The notes beneath the pieces were generated by a model, which was given only the letters and a program-made list of their open reading frames with translations, made no database searches and was not told the DNA's origin. The translations under genes were made by a program, and so were the position numbers. A stretch of DNA of 64,000 nucleotides, taken from assembly GCF_016432865.1 (NCBI RefSeq), contig NC_067404.1, positions 54,002,001 through 54,066,000 on the forward strand, in the 5' to 3' direction. Numbering within the stretch: the first letter of the stretch is position 1; every line of letters starts with the position of its first letter. Below are positions 1 through 10,993 of this stretch, piece by piece. This DNA is from Antechinus flavipes. Taxonomy: Eukaryota.

Positions 1-121
1 AGACATTTTCACCTTTACATTCCTCTCCATTTTTTGTTCTGTCTTATTGTACCAACAGTCCCAAGAAACTCAGAATGTTGACAGCATTGGCTGATGTATT
101 GAATTTGGATTCTTTTTATTC

Positions 122-127
122 AAATAA
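122..127 (+). terminator. Candidate poly(A) signal of an upstream plus-strand gene (NKAP expected by synteny)
   Basis: AATAAA in AT-rich UTR-like sequence followed by a GT-rich element (tcatgcttctggttgtttg). NKAP converges on AKAP14 in human, but no NKAP coding sequence is in the window. Confidence 0.3.
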
Positions 128-999
128 AGTAAATGTCATGCTTCTGGTTGTTTGAGAAGTTTTTGAGAGCAGCAAGGAAGCACCACTTCCTACCATCCTG
201 AATTAGTTAACCATCTGTTTTTTCAAAGCCTTGTTTTGTGTCCATCAAACATCTGTCTTCTGCTCCAAGACGGTCACTGAGCTTAATCCACGGCTAACCT
301 AGGCCAGACAACCAGGTAGATAGTACACACAGAATAGTCTCTGTGCTATCTGGTGGGACTTGGGAAAATCCATCAATTCAAGAAATGAAATGATATCTCT
401 GCTTCAGAAATAAGACCGAAAAAAGCCTCCCTAATGATCCTAGATTAGGTGAGCCTAACACATCAGAGTCTGACTTGTTGATTTACCTCTCATTTAGTAT
501 TAGCTACTGTGTGTCCTCAAGTCCACTGAATGCTTTAATTCCTCATTAAGTGTCCTGATCTCAGTTCCTCAAAATAGTAGCTAACATTTCTATAACACTA
601 CGTGCAGGGTACTGATGAACATTTCTATGACACCACGTGCAGGGTATTGATGAACTTTCTTATCAGATGAGTAAGTAGATGAGATGAATTAATGTTGATT
701 TAACAACTGCATTGGTCAGCTGTTTGGGGGAGTGAGAAAGGGATTGAGAAGTTGAAGATAAATCAGGATGAAGAGAAGATTCAAAACCATAGGAAAGGTG
801 GTTTTAACAGCAAGGATGGTTTTTTTTTGGTGGTTGAGTCAGGGTTTTTTGGTTTGTTTTGCCTCAGAGGGGAAAAGAGAGAACCAAGTAGTTAAAGTTA
901 TAGGGAGGGAGGCAGAAGAATTTGATGGCAATGTCGGCTATTTATTTGGGATTTTAAGGATTACAAAGCACTTTACACATGGTATTTTTGTTTTTCCTC

Positions 1000-1640
1000 T
1001 GTCATCCCATTCCATTTTCTTCAGCAGATGGCCCTTTCTCATTAATCTTTCATCTCTCCCTGTTTCTCCACTACTTACAAACATAACCCCATGTGTTCCC
1101 CGCCTCCCAAAAAACCCTTATGATCCATCTAGCTCTACTACTTCTTGTCCTATATCTCCTTTTTCTGGCCAAACACCTTGAGAAAGAAAATGGTCTACAA
1201 CAAGTGACATCCACTTCTTTTCCTCCCTTAATTTTATAGTCTGTCTTCTGACATTTAACCAAAACAACTCCCTCCAGTTATTAGCGATTTTGATCGCCAA
1301 ATCCAATGACTTTGTCTCGTCGTTGATCTCACTGTAGTCTTCGATGCTGTTGATGACTCTCTTCTCTCCAGATTTCTGTGACACTATTTATTCTCGTTCT
1401 CTTACTCACCTGATGGCTCCTGTCTCCTCTCCTGGATCCTCATATCCTGTCTGCTAATCATCGCTGTTCCACAAGGTTCTGTCCTGGGCCCTTTTTTTAT
1501 TTTACTTGGGGTTTTCATCAACTATCATTATATAAATTATCTTCTTTAAGCTGATGACTCTCAAGTCAGCTTGTTCAGTCCTAATCTCTCTCCTGGCCTC
1601 GAGTTTTGCATCTCTAGCTGCCTACTAGGTATCTCAAACT
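1000..1640 (+). mobile_element. Degenerate L2 LINE fragment (RT region)
   Basis: gccaaatccaatgac...ttctgtgacact...ggttctgtcctgggccc...catcaactatcatt resembles decayed L2 ORF2. Boundaries approximate. Confidence 0.6.
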
Positions 1641-1669
1641 AGATGCAATAACTTCCTTATTACTGTCTA

Positions 1670-1808
1670 ATGCTTTTTACAGATTAGGAAACAGGGTTAA
1701 GTGACTTGTCCAGGGTGACTTGATTGGATTAGAGGCAGGATTGGACCTGAACTCGGGTCTTCCCGATTCTGTGCCCCAAACTCTATCTACTGTACCACCT
1801 AGATGACT
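1670..1808 (-). mobile_element. CORE/MIR-type tRNA-derived SINE
   Basis: Reverse complement of SINE head and core (gttaagtgacttgtccagggt...gaactcgggtcttcc...ctctatctactgtaccacctag). Confidence 0.7.
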
Positions 1809-1937
1809 ATGAATGGGGGTATACTAATAGAAAAGATGGAGAAATAGAAAACAACTGTCTGGTAAATTTATTTGTGTGTTATAACAAACAGAATGGAAAA
1901 CAATTCCAGGCAGCTAGATTCTAAGTGTCCTGACAAC

Positions 1938-1943
1938 TTTATT
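1938..1943 (-). terminator. AKAP14: AKAP14 poly(A) signal
   Basis: tttatt = AATAAA on the minus strand, ~100 nt after the stop codon. Confidence 0.7.
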
Positions 1944-2044
1944 TCCCAAAACATACTGTATGACTGAATTTATAATGTTGTATTTAGTGCACATATACCA
2001 GAAATCCAGTCCCCCAAACCCCAAATCAACAGTGGATCATTGAA

Positions 2045-2129
2045 TTAGAAGTTAATGCTGTTCATTAGGATGATCTTGCTTTCAATGATGTCCTTCAGCC
2101 ACTTTTCTCGGAAGCGAGATTTTCCTGGT
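2045..2129 (-). CDS. AKAP14: A-kinase anchoring protein 14 (AKAP28), last coding exon
   Basis: cag|A CCA GGA..., (R)PGKSRFREKWLKDIIESKIILMNSINF*; matches the AKAP14 C-terminal RPG..RFRE.W motif; phase agrees with the previous exon. Confidence 0.92.
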
Positions 2130-2144
2130 CTGCAGTGGGGTTGG

Positions 2145-2500
2145 GGAGAGAGAAGAGAGAGAAAAAGGAAGAAGAGAGGGAAGGAGGAAGAATGAAGGAA
2201 AGAGGAAGGGAGAAGAGGGAAAAGGAGAAGGAAGGAGACAGAAGGAAAGAAAGATTGAGAGACAAAGGAAGGGAGGGAGAAGAGGAGAGACAGGAAAGAG
2301 AAGGAACAAATACGGCAGAGCGATGGAGAGGAAGTGGAAGGGAGGGAGAGGAGAGACAGAAAGAGAGAAGGAAAGAGATTGAGAAAGGGAGGGAAAGAGA
2401 AAAAGAAGAAGGGAGGGGAAAGAAGAAAGAGAAAAAGAAAGATTGAAAAACAACGAGGGAGGGAGAGGAGACAGGGAGAGAGAAAGGGGGAGGGAAAAAT
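2145..2500. repeat. Polypurine (GA-rich) low-complexity tract; a giant polypyrimidine tract on the AKAP14 sense strand
   Basis: ~350 nt almost entirely G/A on plus, adjacent to the acceptor at 2130-2131. Confidence 0.9.
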
Positions 2501-2559
2501 AGAAAGTTCTTAAAATCACAGAAGCTAGGCAGCAATAATCAATGTCGGAGGAGTATGGA

Positions 2560-3150
2560 AAGATAGATGCACTTTGGATAGACCTGAAGAGTAGTCTATT
2601 CAGGATCTCAATTTGGAATCATGCAAGAAAAATGACTAAACTTTCCATACCCTTCCATCTAGCAATCCCAGTACTGGGACTGCCCTAAGGAAACCAAATA
2701 GAGAAATAAGGGATCAATATAGTCCCAAATCGTCATAATATCATTTTTTTGTAGTAACGAAGAATCCAATTCAGCGCCCAAGTGGGAAATAAACCAAAAA
2801 GAGAACTCTGATAAATGAGTGAGATGCACTATTACATGTATGACAGGTAGAGGGAATTCAGGGAAATGTGGGGACATCTGTGTGATTTGAAGCAGAAGGA
2901 AACTAGGAAAACAACAATGGAAATGAAAAGATCACCAAAAGTACATAATGGGCAAACTCATGAAGGTCTCTGGAATAAAACCAAGAGGTGGGAGACTGCT
3001 GGCACAGACTACTATCTACGTTATCGGACAAGGTTTCTGTATTTTGCTGAGTGTTTTCTTTTGCCACAAGGGAGGGTTCAAGGTAGGGGATGGGTGGGTG
3101 GGTGGGAAATGACGGAAATCAAGACAAAAGACATCAATAAGATATATTTT
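2560..3150 (+). mobile_element. Old L1 fragment (ORF2 end and 3' UTR)
   Basis: atttggaat...ccatctagcaatcccagtactggg...attacatgtatga resembles the L1 ORF2 C-terminal region; heavily decayed. Confidence 0.6.
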
Positions 3151-3711
3151 TCTTAAAGAAATGATGAAAAAATTAATCAAGATATAATATAGAGAGATAG
3201 AGATCTGGAACAGCCATTTTAGAGGCCATTAATTCCAATTTCCTCATTTTTTCACAAGTGAGGAAACAGGCCCAGAGTCACAAGGTATTAAGTATCTAAG
3301 ACAGGATTTAAATTTAGGACTTTGCTAACTCCATGACCCACGCTCTATCCGCTGTACTACCTAGCTGCTTCATTTCAGAGAAGCTACTAAACCTGAAAAG
3401 GATTTCAAGTTAATTCTACACATTTCTATTTTAAAAAAATAGTCTTTCAAGACTGGGAGTCATTCATACCCTTCCTTGTGCCTTCTCATGCTGCAAGGAT
3501 CAATGAGCTAGCCTATTAGGTCCTTGGAGGATGGGAGTATTTCATCCAAAGGCATGATTAAACCTGTGAGCAAGCCCTCAGAGCTGGGATTTTTGACTGC
3601 ACCTCATTGGGGACTAGTAAGCCTTTCCTTCTTCCCTTCCCCCTTCCTATTCACTGGTCTTCTCCCCCTCCCACTCCTCTTTTTAATGTAGCCCCCAAAC
3701 ACATATATTAC

Positions 3712-3764
3712 CTGTGAACATATCTGTTGGACTCCAGAACAAAAAATACTTCAACTGGCAAACT
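3712..3764 (-). CDS. AKAP14: AKAP14 coding exon 4 (53 nt)
   Basis: tcacag|AGT TTG CCA...CAC AG|gtaata, SLPVEVFFVLESNRYVH(R). Confidence 0.92.
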
Positions 3765-3864
3765 CTGTGACAGAAAGAAGAAATTAGCCACGCTAGCTTT
3801 CATTTCTAGGGAGCCTTGAAGTTTAGAGACCCCATTTCCCCAAAACAAAGCAAGTTAGCCCACT

Positions 3865-3990
3865 GGGCAGAGTGCCAGGCCTGGAGTCAGGGAGACTCCA
3901 CTTCCTGAATTCAAATCTGACCTCAGACACTGCCTAGTCTTAGTGTGACCCTGGGCAAGTCACTTCACTGCCTCACTTTCCTCATCCGTA
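3865..3990 (+). mobile_element. CORE SINE (MIR/WSINE-like)
   Basis: ggcctggagtcagg...ctgaattcaaatctgacctcagacact...gtgaccctgggcaagtcactt...tttcctcatccgtaaaatg. Confidence 0.75.
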
Positions 3991-4583
3991 AAATGCTTTC
4001 CTCTCAAGAACCCCTCGGAGGTAACGATGTGAAAATAATTATCTTCATTTTAAAGATGAGGAACCTGAGAGTATAAAGTATCAGGTGTCATGAAGCTAGT
4101 CAGGATCTGAACAGGAAATTTAACTCAGACCTCCTGTTTCCATTTCCTGGGCTCTTGGAGTGTAGGATCATGGGACCATAGATTCAGAAGGAACCCTGGA
4201 GGTCATTGTGTTTAAATCCACCCACCCACCAATCTCTGCCTTTTACCAAAATGCAAACGGAAGCATAAAGGTCACATGGAGTTTTAGGTCTACAGCTGGA
4301 AGGGACCTCAGAGGTCATCCGGTGTGACCCCCTCATGTAACCGAGGCTATAAAGGCTCAGATCAGAGAACTGGCTGGCCAGGGTCACCCAGCTAGTTAAG
4401 GTTTGAGCAGGAGCTGCACCACGACCCAAGAAGTCATACAGACTGAACCATAGAGTCAAACTGAACTATAACCAATCTAGGGATTTGCCCCAATACGGCA
4501 ATCTCATTGTGTGTGTGTGGGAGGGGTAGCTTTCCCTAGTTCTATTCCAGGAAGGGGCCAGCGGCCAAAGGGGGAGCGCTCAC

Positions 4584-4763
4584 TTTAGGTTTGATCTTGG
4601 AGATCTCAATGAGAAAGTAGACACAGGCAGTGGCCCGAGGGATGGGCTTTCGGGATGTGGGGATGCTCCAGCGCACCCGGTAATGGTAGCGGACACTGAA
4701 CTCCAAGTCTTCCTTCTCCAAGTAGTCAGACCAATGGAGCCAGCTCTCATGAAATTCCCAAGT
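4584..4763 (-). CDS. AKAP14: AKAP14 coding exon 3 (180 nt, core of the AKAP28 domain)
   Basis: gagcag|ACT TGG...CCT AAA|gtgagc, TWEFHESWLHWSDYLEKEDLEFSVRYHYRVRWSIPTSRKPIPRATACVYFLIEISKIKPK; lies inside ORF 4542..5477. Confidence 0.95.
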
Positions 4764-4777
4764 CTGCTCAACACAAA

Positions 4778-5030
4778 ATGAGGAGAGAAGGGAAAGGAAG
4801 GGAGAGAAGGAGGAGAAAGAGACACGGAAGGGAGACAGAGACAGAGAGAAGGGAGGGAGAGAGAAAGACAGAGACAGAAAGGAGGGAGAGAGAAAGAAAC
4901 AGGAGGAGAAAGGATCAGGAGAAAAAGAGACAAAGAGAGAAAGACAAACAAAGATAGAAGGGGGAGAGAGAGAAATTAAGAAGCGGTTAAGAGAAAGGCA
5001 GATGAAGAAAGAGATAGGGAAGGGGAGTGG
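4778..5030. repeat. Polypurine (GA-rich) tract adjacent to the AKAP14 exon 3 acceptor
   Basis: ~250 nt of GA/GACA low-complexity sequence. Confidence 0.9.
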
Positions 5031-5924
5031 AGTGCCATGCATTGATGGCAGCTCTGCCACCAGAGGCAGGATGGGATCAGCACAGCCCTGAGCCTGAGAG
5101 CAATGCTCCTGGAAAAAACGACATCCATTGAATCCCGGTTTCCTTTTACCAAGGGAACTTGGGACTTCGGAGAGAAAGTGAATTTGGTGAAAGTGAACCG
5201 AACTTAAAGTCTTAGGATATGAATTCAAATGCCGGCTCCCTTCTGTGTCTGTGACCTCAGACAAATGTCTCATCTCCCTGGGCCTTGGTTTCCCCTCCTT
5301 TAAAATGAGAGGTTTTAGACTAACTAGCCTATAAGGTCCTTCTAGTTCAAGATCTGTGATCTTTTGTGGGCAAATCAGTTCACATATCTGGGTCTCATTC
5401 CCCTCCCCCCCTCCCCCCGCTGTAAAATGAAGGGGCTGAACTAGATGGCTTCTAGGCTCCTTTCCAGATCTAGACATAGGATCCTCTGTGTGACCTTGAA
5501 CAAGTTCCTTTGCCTTTCTGCACCTCAGTTTCCTTCTTTGTAAAATGAAGGGGTTTGACTAGATGACCTCTGGGGTCCCTTCCAACTCTATGGACCTACT
5601 CTTTGAAGATTAAACTAGGATGAATACTTTTGTAAAGCAGAGACTTTTACATGGCTTGCCCCTACTTGACTGACTTTATAACTAGGGGTTTTCCTGCTTC
5701 AAGTTTCCCTGAAGCAAAGCATCCCAGTAAAGAGATTATTGGCCATCGTTCATTTACCAGATGGATGCTGTTCTGGTACTGGAAAAAGCAGTTCACTTGA
5801 CGGTAGGAGATGTGCCCTTGACACTTTTTAATCATATGGCCCTGGCAGGCCACCTCCTCTCTCTGAGACTCTGTTCCCTTCTCTGCTGAAAGGGAGATAG
5901 TAATATCAGGGAAGAAAGCATCAT

Positions 5925-6420
5925 AGAAATAGGAAGTATTATTCAGGAATAATACTTCAGATTATTAGGCTGTGTTTAATTAGATTAGATTATATAGATA
6001 TAATTCAGGAATAATACTTCGGATTATTAGAGGAAACTTTGTACATTGATTAGAGTCTTTGGAATCAGGAAACACCATGGAAATCGGAACTATTATTCAG
6101 GAATAATATTTCACATTATTGAACCGTGTTGAATTAGATTAAATTATATAGATATTATTCAGGAATAATACTTCAGATTATTAGGCTGTGTTTAATTAGA
6201 TTATATCATATAGATATTCAGGAATAATACTTCAGATTATTAAAGGCAACTTGGTATATTGATTAGAGGCTTTGGAATCAGGAAACACCATAGAAATAGG
6301 AAGTATTATTCAGGAATAATACTTCAGATTATTAAACTGTGTTTAATTAGATTATATTATATAGATATTATTCAGGAATAATACTTCACATTATTAGAGG
6401 CAACTTGGTACATTGGAATC
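5925..6420. repeat. AT-rich minisatellite with alternating ~62- and 92-bp units and a palindromic core
   Basis: Core ttcaggaataata at 5942, 6004, 6096, 6158, 6217, 6309 and 6371 (spacings 62, 92, 62, 59, 92, 62). Confidence 0.9.
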
Positions 6421-7018
6421 AGGAAACTCTGGCTTCAAGTAGCACCTATAGCATATGTGGGTTGTGTGATCCTGAGCACTTCTCAAAGACTATTAAATTG
6501 TCAAGTAATTATCTCCTTGCTGTGGTCCCGCAACTTCCCTAGATCAGCGAAGTCATGGCGTGTAGTCTACAAAAAGTATTTGTAGCCTACTGACTCCAAG
6601 TCTAGCGCTTTTTCCACTGTGCTAGTCCCAGAGAATAGATCACAACCTCCTTGAAGGCAGGAATACAATCGTTGTTCATCATTACATCCCTAAGACCAGG
6701 AGCGGGGCCCATCGCATAGTGGTCATTAGTAACCCTTTACTAAATTGAACTGAGTGTCAGAGGAAGTGTAGACGCCATCTAGTTCAACCCTTAAATCTTA
6801 GAGAGAAACCAGGTTCAGAAGCAGGGAAAGCCTTGTCCAACAATGCCCAGGTCACTGGTCACCCTGAGGCTTGAAACCCAGCTCCATTTGCTCCAATGCT
6901 CCATTTGAAGCAAACCAAGTGCAAACTTGGACTATGACTCTGTATCAGCCATATCTCCTCTTTTTCAATGGGCAGAGACTATGGACACAACGTCATTATT
7001 TAGTACTTGGGAATCTCA

Positions 7019-7150
7019 TCCCCACTTTACAACTCCTCTATCCCCACTTTACAGTTTCTCTATTCTATTTTACAGTTTCTGTATCCCCACTTTACAGTTC
7101 TTCTCTCCCACTTTACAGTTCCTGTATCCCCACTTTACAGTTTCTATATC
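7019..7150. repeat. ~22-bp minisatellite (ccccactttacagtttctgtat), ~6 degenerate copies
   Basis: Repeated cccactttacagtt motif. Confidence 0.85.
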
Positions 7151-7781
7151 AATTGGTCAGTTGAGCTGCCAGCATGAAGAATAACAGAATGAGCAGGCAT
7201 CAGGAAGCAGAAGACCTGGATTCTGGTTTCCGCTCTGCCGCTCACTGGCGACATGACCTTCTCCATGCCTTAGTTTTCTCATCTGTAATACAGAAGGACT
7301 GGACCACATCACCTCTAAGGTTTCTTCCCCTTTAAAAACTCTGGACTCTATGCTAAAGACACCAAAGGAAGAGGCCATTTGCAGCCAAGCTTCCTATCTC
7401 TCCTTTCAGCGGTCAACTTTCTTAGCTGGGGGATTAGGACCATTTCCTTAGCCGTCTTCTTCCCATGACTAGCCATAAGTGAGGACCCTAGAACTTCATG
7501 CTGTTCCTTTCACCTGGACAGGCTCCTGTCTTCCCTGGCCCCCTTTGGATCTGAGCTTCTGCAAGAGTTCCTAATTTCCCTTTTCCCTCCACCCCTGCAT
7601 CGCTAACGCCTTCTCTTGGAGATTACTATTCCCTTCATTCTAAATATCCCTTGATGCACTTTGGCTTGGGAGCTCCTTGAGGGCAGGGTCCGTGTTTTTG
7701 CACTTCTTTCTGTCTGTAGCACAGTGCTGGGCACACAGTAGGCACATAAAAAGTACTAACTGATTGACTGACAGAACTTAC

Positions 7782-7873
7782 CGAGATGTATTCTTCTATC
7801 TGCTGTCGGCCCAGGTCCACTGTGAAGTCCTTACATGTTGTCCATTGTATGTTTTTCACTGGATTTTCTAAAT
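7782..7873 (-). CDS. AKAP14: AKAP14 coding exon 2 (92 nt)
   Basis: tttcag|AT TTA GAA...ATC TCG|gtaagt, (D)LENPVKNIQWTTCKDFTVDLGRQQIEEYIS; homologous to human NPLKNIKWMTHGEFTVEKG. Confidence 0.93.
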
Positions 7874-7996
7874 CTGAAATTATTAGTTAATTAGCATGTT
7901 GCAGCCAAAAAAGGGGGTAGGTGAGAGGTCCCTACCTAGGCGTTTTACCCACTCAATAAATATTTATTGCATAGCCTGCCCCTCCAGGCTCACTAC

Positions 7997-8087
7997 CTTC
8001 CAGTGTCTTAACTGCAGCGTAAATGGCATCTTCTGTTATCTGCATAGATTTTTCCACTGTATTTGAGGAAAAGGAGCCTTTATCCAT
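7997..8087 (-). CDS. AKAP14: AKAP14 first coding exon with the PKA-RII-binding amphipathic helix
   Basis: Acceptor at 8098-8099, 10 nt, then ATG at 8087: MDKGSFSSNTVEKSMQITEDAIYAAVKTLE(G|gtagtg). The helix aligns with human ALALVEDVINYAVKIVE. Five exons sum to 501 nt = 166 aa + stop. Confidence 0.85.
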
Positions 8088-8987
8088 TATCTTCAACCTG
8101 AAAGAAATTTAAGAAGTTGCCTTTTGCCTCTTACTTACCCTCATCGTTCACCTTTGCTGAGGACCAAGGACGGATGTGGACACGTTGACTTCCATCAGTT
8201 AGGAGGGTCATACCGTGCTGTGGTTCTAAAACTCAGGGGCATCCTGACCCCCTGTGACTCTCAACACACACCACCCTTCCAAGTGTCCTATGGAGTGAAT
8301 TCAGATCTGTCTGGGTTTGAAAATCTTGCAGTTTCCCTTGAGATACCTGAAGACTCCTGAGGGTGACATCAAGGGCATTAGGAACCCAAGATTAAAGTAG
8401 AAAAATCTGGAACACAAAATCTTGCAAAAATGAACATTGACTTTCCTAGCTGTGGGACTCTGGGCAAGTCACTAAACCTCAATCGCCTCAGCAAAAAATA
8501 AATAAATAAATAAATGTTGAAATCTATCATGTATAGTTGGAAAAATAAAATACTATTGAGGAAAAAAATACATAGGATACAGAATAATTCCCATCCACCA
8601 GCTCACTTCTTCAGAGAGGCCTAGGAATTGTCCCATTTGATAGCTAGAGAAACTGAAAACATAAACTCCTTATTTATTTATTTTTTAAATTTTATATATA
8701 ATTTATATATATAATTTTTACAATTTAAATAATTATTAATTAGGAGAGCATCTGTATTATTTTTGCTCTTTCTTTTTCCATTGCCAGACACAAAATAAGC
8801 AACTTCCCTCTCCAATTTACCAGTGCCCTCTTGATTTACAGATTGAATGGCCTTTTCTCAACCCTCATTCTTCTTGACATCTCTGAAGCCTCGACTTGTG
8901 GAAACCCTCTCTTTCTCCAGAGAGAGACCTCCCTCTAGGTTTTCGTGCTGCTGTTCTCTCCTGCTCGGCACATAGTAGATGCTTTAT

Positions 8988-9336
8988 TGTAGAGGCTTGA
9001 AACTCTTGACTCGATGCACTGAGGTCGGTTCGAGCACTTAAGGCTAATTACCGATTGGCCAATACTCTATGGGCATATGCTTGGGGAATGGCCCTTCCCA
9101 CTATCCTGTGCTGGCTCGATGATTGGTGTATACAGAGAATTGTAGGAGGGACTGGGGGTGGAGTAAGATGAGCCAGAGTCACTTTGGCGGTAGATGTGGA
9201 AGAAGGAGGTCACAGAAATTCTTCTTCCATCTAATTCACTCCTACCCCTAAAGACCAAGAATAAAGACTAAGGACTTTTCCTTATCCTGACTCTGGCTGA
9301 TTCTAAGGTATCCAGGGTGCTAACACGGTCATCACA
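8988..9336 (+). mobile_element. Solo ERV LTR (349 bp) with 6-bp target-site duplication
   Basis: Starts TG (tgtagagg), ends CA (catcaca); CTTTAT on both sides (8982-8987, 9337-9342); internal ccgattggccaat and AATAAA at 9260-9265. Confidence 0.85.
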
Positions 9337-9843
9337 CTTTATAGTATTTTTATTCATTGATTGCTATTACTCCTTCTCACAGTATCTTTTGATAGGGCAT
9401 AGTCATGCCCACTAATCACGGGAATCCCCCCAAACTCTGTCCTAGACCCTCTTCTGTCTTTTTTTCAGCATCTCACTTGTTGAGTTCTTTTGAAAATGAA
9501 TTTATTAATTCATGCCATCGATAAGCAGATTAATTACAAGACAGCAGAATCTGTCCTATTTTCACTTGAAATATTTCTTTGTTTCTCAATGCAATTTTAT
9601 TTTTCCAAACACACAAAGTGAAGTTTTCAACATTCATTTTTTGTAAGATTTTGGGTTGCGGATTTTTCTCCCTTCCTCCCTTGCCTTCCCCCTACCCAAG
9701 GCAGAATCCCTTGTTGATTTCATCAACTTCCTTGGATTTAATCGTCATTTCTAAGATGATTCCCAGAGCTACTCAGCTAGCACCAACTTCTCTCTTGAGT
9801 TAGTGTCCCATCATCCAATGCCTCTCAGATGTCTAAAAGCCCC

Positions 9844-9980
9844 GGGGCAGCTAGGTGGCCCAGTGGATAGAGCACTGGCCCTGAATTCAATTCCAGCCTC
9901 TGATGCTTAACACTTCCTAGCTGTGTGACTTTGGGCAAGTCAATTAACCCCAGTTGCCTCAAGAAGACGAAAAAAAGTGG
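9844..9980 (+). mobile_element. WSINE1-type marsupial SINE
   Basis: ggggcagctaggtggcccagtggatagagcact...gctgtgtgactttgggcaagtc...gcctc plus A-rich tail; probable TSD aagcccc (9837-9843, 9981-9987). Confidence 0.85.
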
Positions 9981-10863
9981 AAGCCCCTCAAGCATAACAC
10001 GCCCAAAACAGAATTTTCTATCTTAATGGGTGTCAAACTCCTCCTCTCTACCAAGTTTTCTCTTACTAGCAAGGGTATCACTTCCTGCCCATTCTCCATG
10101 TTTTTCAAACTTGTTGTCATCCTCGGCCCCTTTCTCACACTCATCCCATATGTTCAATTTGTTGTCAAGTCTGTTGTTCTCCCTTTCCACACCTGTCACG
10201 TATGTCTCCTTCTCTTTGGTTCTACATCTCCCACCCCAGTTCATTCCCTCATTGCCTCTCACCTGGCCCTGTGCAATAGGCCTCTGATTGTGTTTTCCTG
10301 CCTCCAGTTTTGTCTGACTTTGAATCAACTTCCATCAGCTGCCAAAGCCATTTTCCTAAAGTGTCGGTCTAACGGTGCTACCCTTGTACTCAATAAACCT
10401 AAGTGGCTCCCTATTACCCCCACCCAGGACCAAATGGCAAGCACCAGACTCTGGCATTTGAAGCTCTTCACCACCTGACCCCATCCTGCTTCTTTAAGTT
10501 TCTGTCATATTACTCCCCTTTGGGCACTGGACAGTTTAAGCTAAACCAGTGGGCGGTTTCTGGAGCTAAACACTACGTCTCTCACCTTCATGCCTTTGCA
10601 TTGTCTGGCCTACAGTTTCCCTCTCATCCTCTTTATTTCCGAGACTTCCTTCCAGATCCAGAGCCTCCTGAGGCTCCCCTCTGTGATTCCCTAATATCTA
10701 CTCCATATGTATCTTGTCTTTGCCTAGTTATTTTCATGTCATCTCCTCTACTGGACTAAAAGCTTCTAGAGAGCAATAGTTTTTGCCTTTCTTTGTAGCC
10801 CTAGTGTCTTCGAACACAGCAGGTTCCTCATTAATGCCTGCTGATTGACTGACTTAATAAATT

Positions 10864-10993
10864 GTTTTGTAGGGTTTTTTTGCTGAGGCGATTGGGATTA
10901 AGTGACTTGCCCAGGGTCACACAGCTAGGAAGTGTGAAGTGTCCGAGGCCAGGTTTGAACTCAGGTTCTCCTGACTTCAGGGCTGGTGCTCTA
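10864..10993 (-). mobile_element. 5'-truncated WSINE1-type SINE inserted into an L2 tail
   Basis: 13-bp TSD gacttaataaatt at 10851-10863 and 10994-11006. Confidence 0.88.

Noticed and set aside
2082-2535. ORFs of 103-146 aa (Leu/Ser/Phe-rich or Glu/Arg/Lys-rich)
   Set aside because: These are translations of the polypurine tract. Only 2045-2129 in this region is a real exon.
4542-5477. 311-aa single ORF
   Set aside because: Only 4584-4763 is AKAP14 coding. The rest is pyrimidine tract and MIR-like sequence that happens to lack stops.
9067-9258. Minus-strand ORF resembling a terminal exon
   Set aside because: It lies wholly inside the solo LTR 8988-9336 and shows no homology to a known protein.
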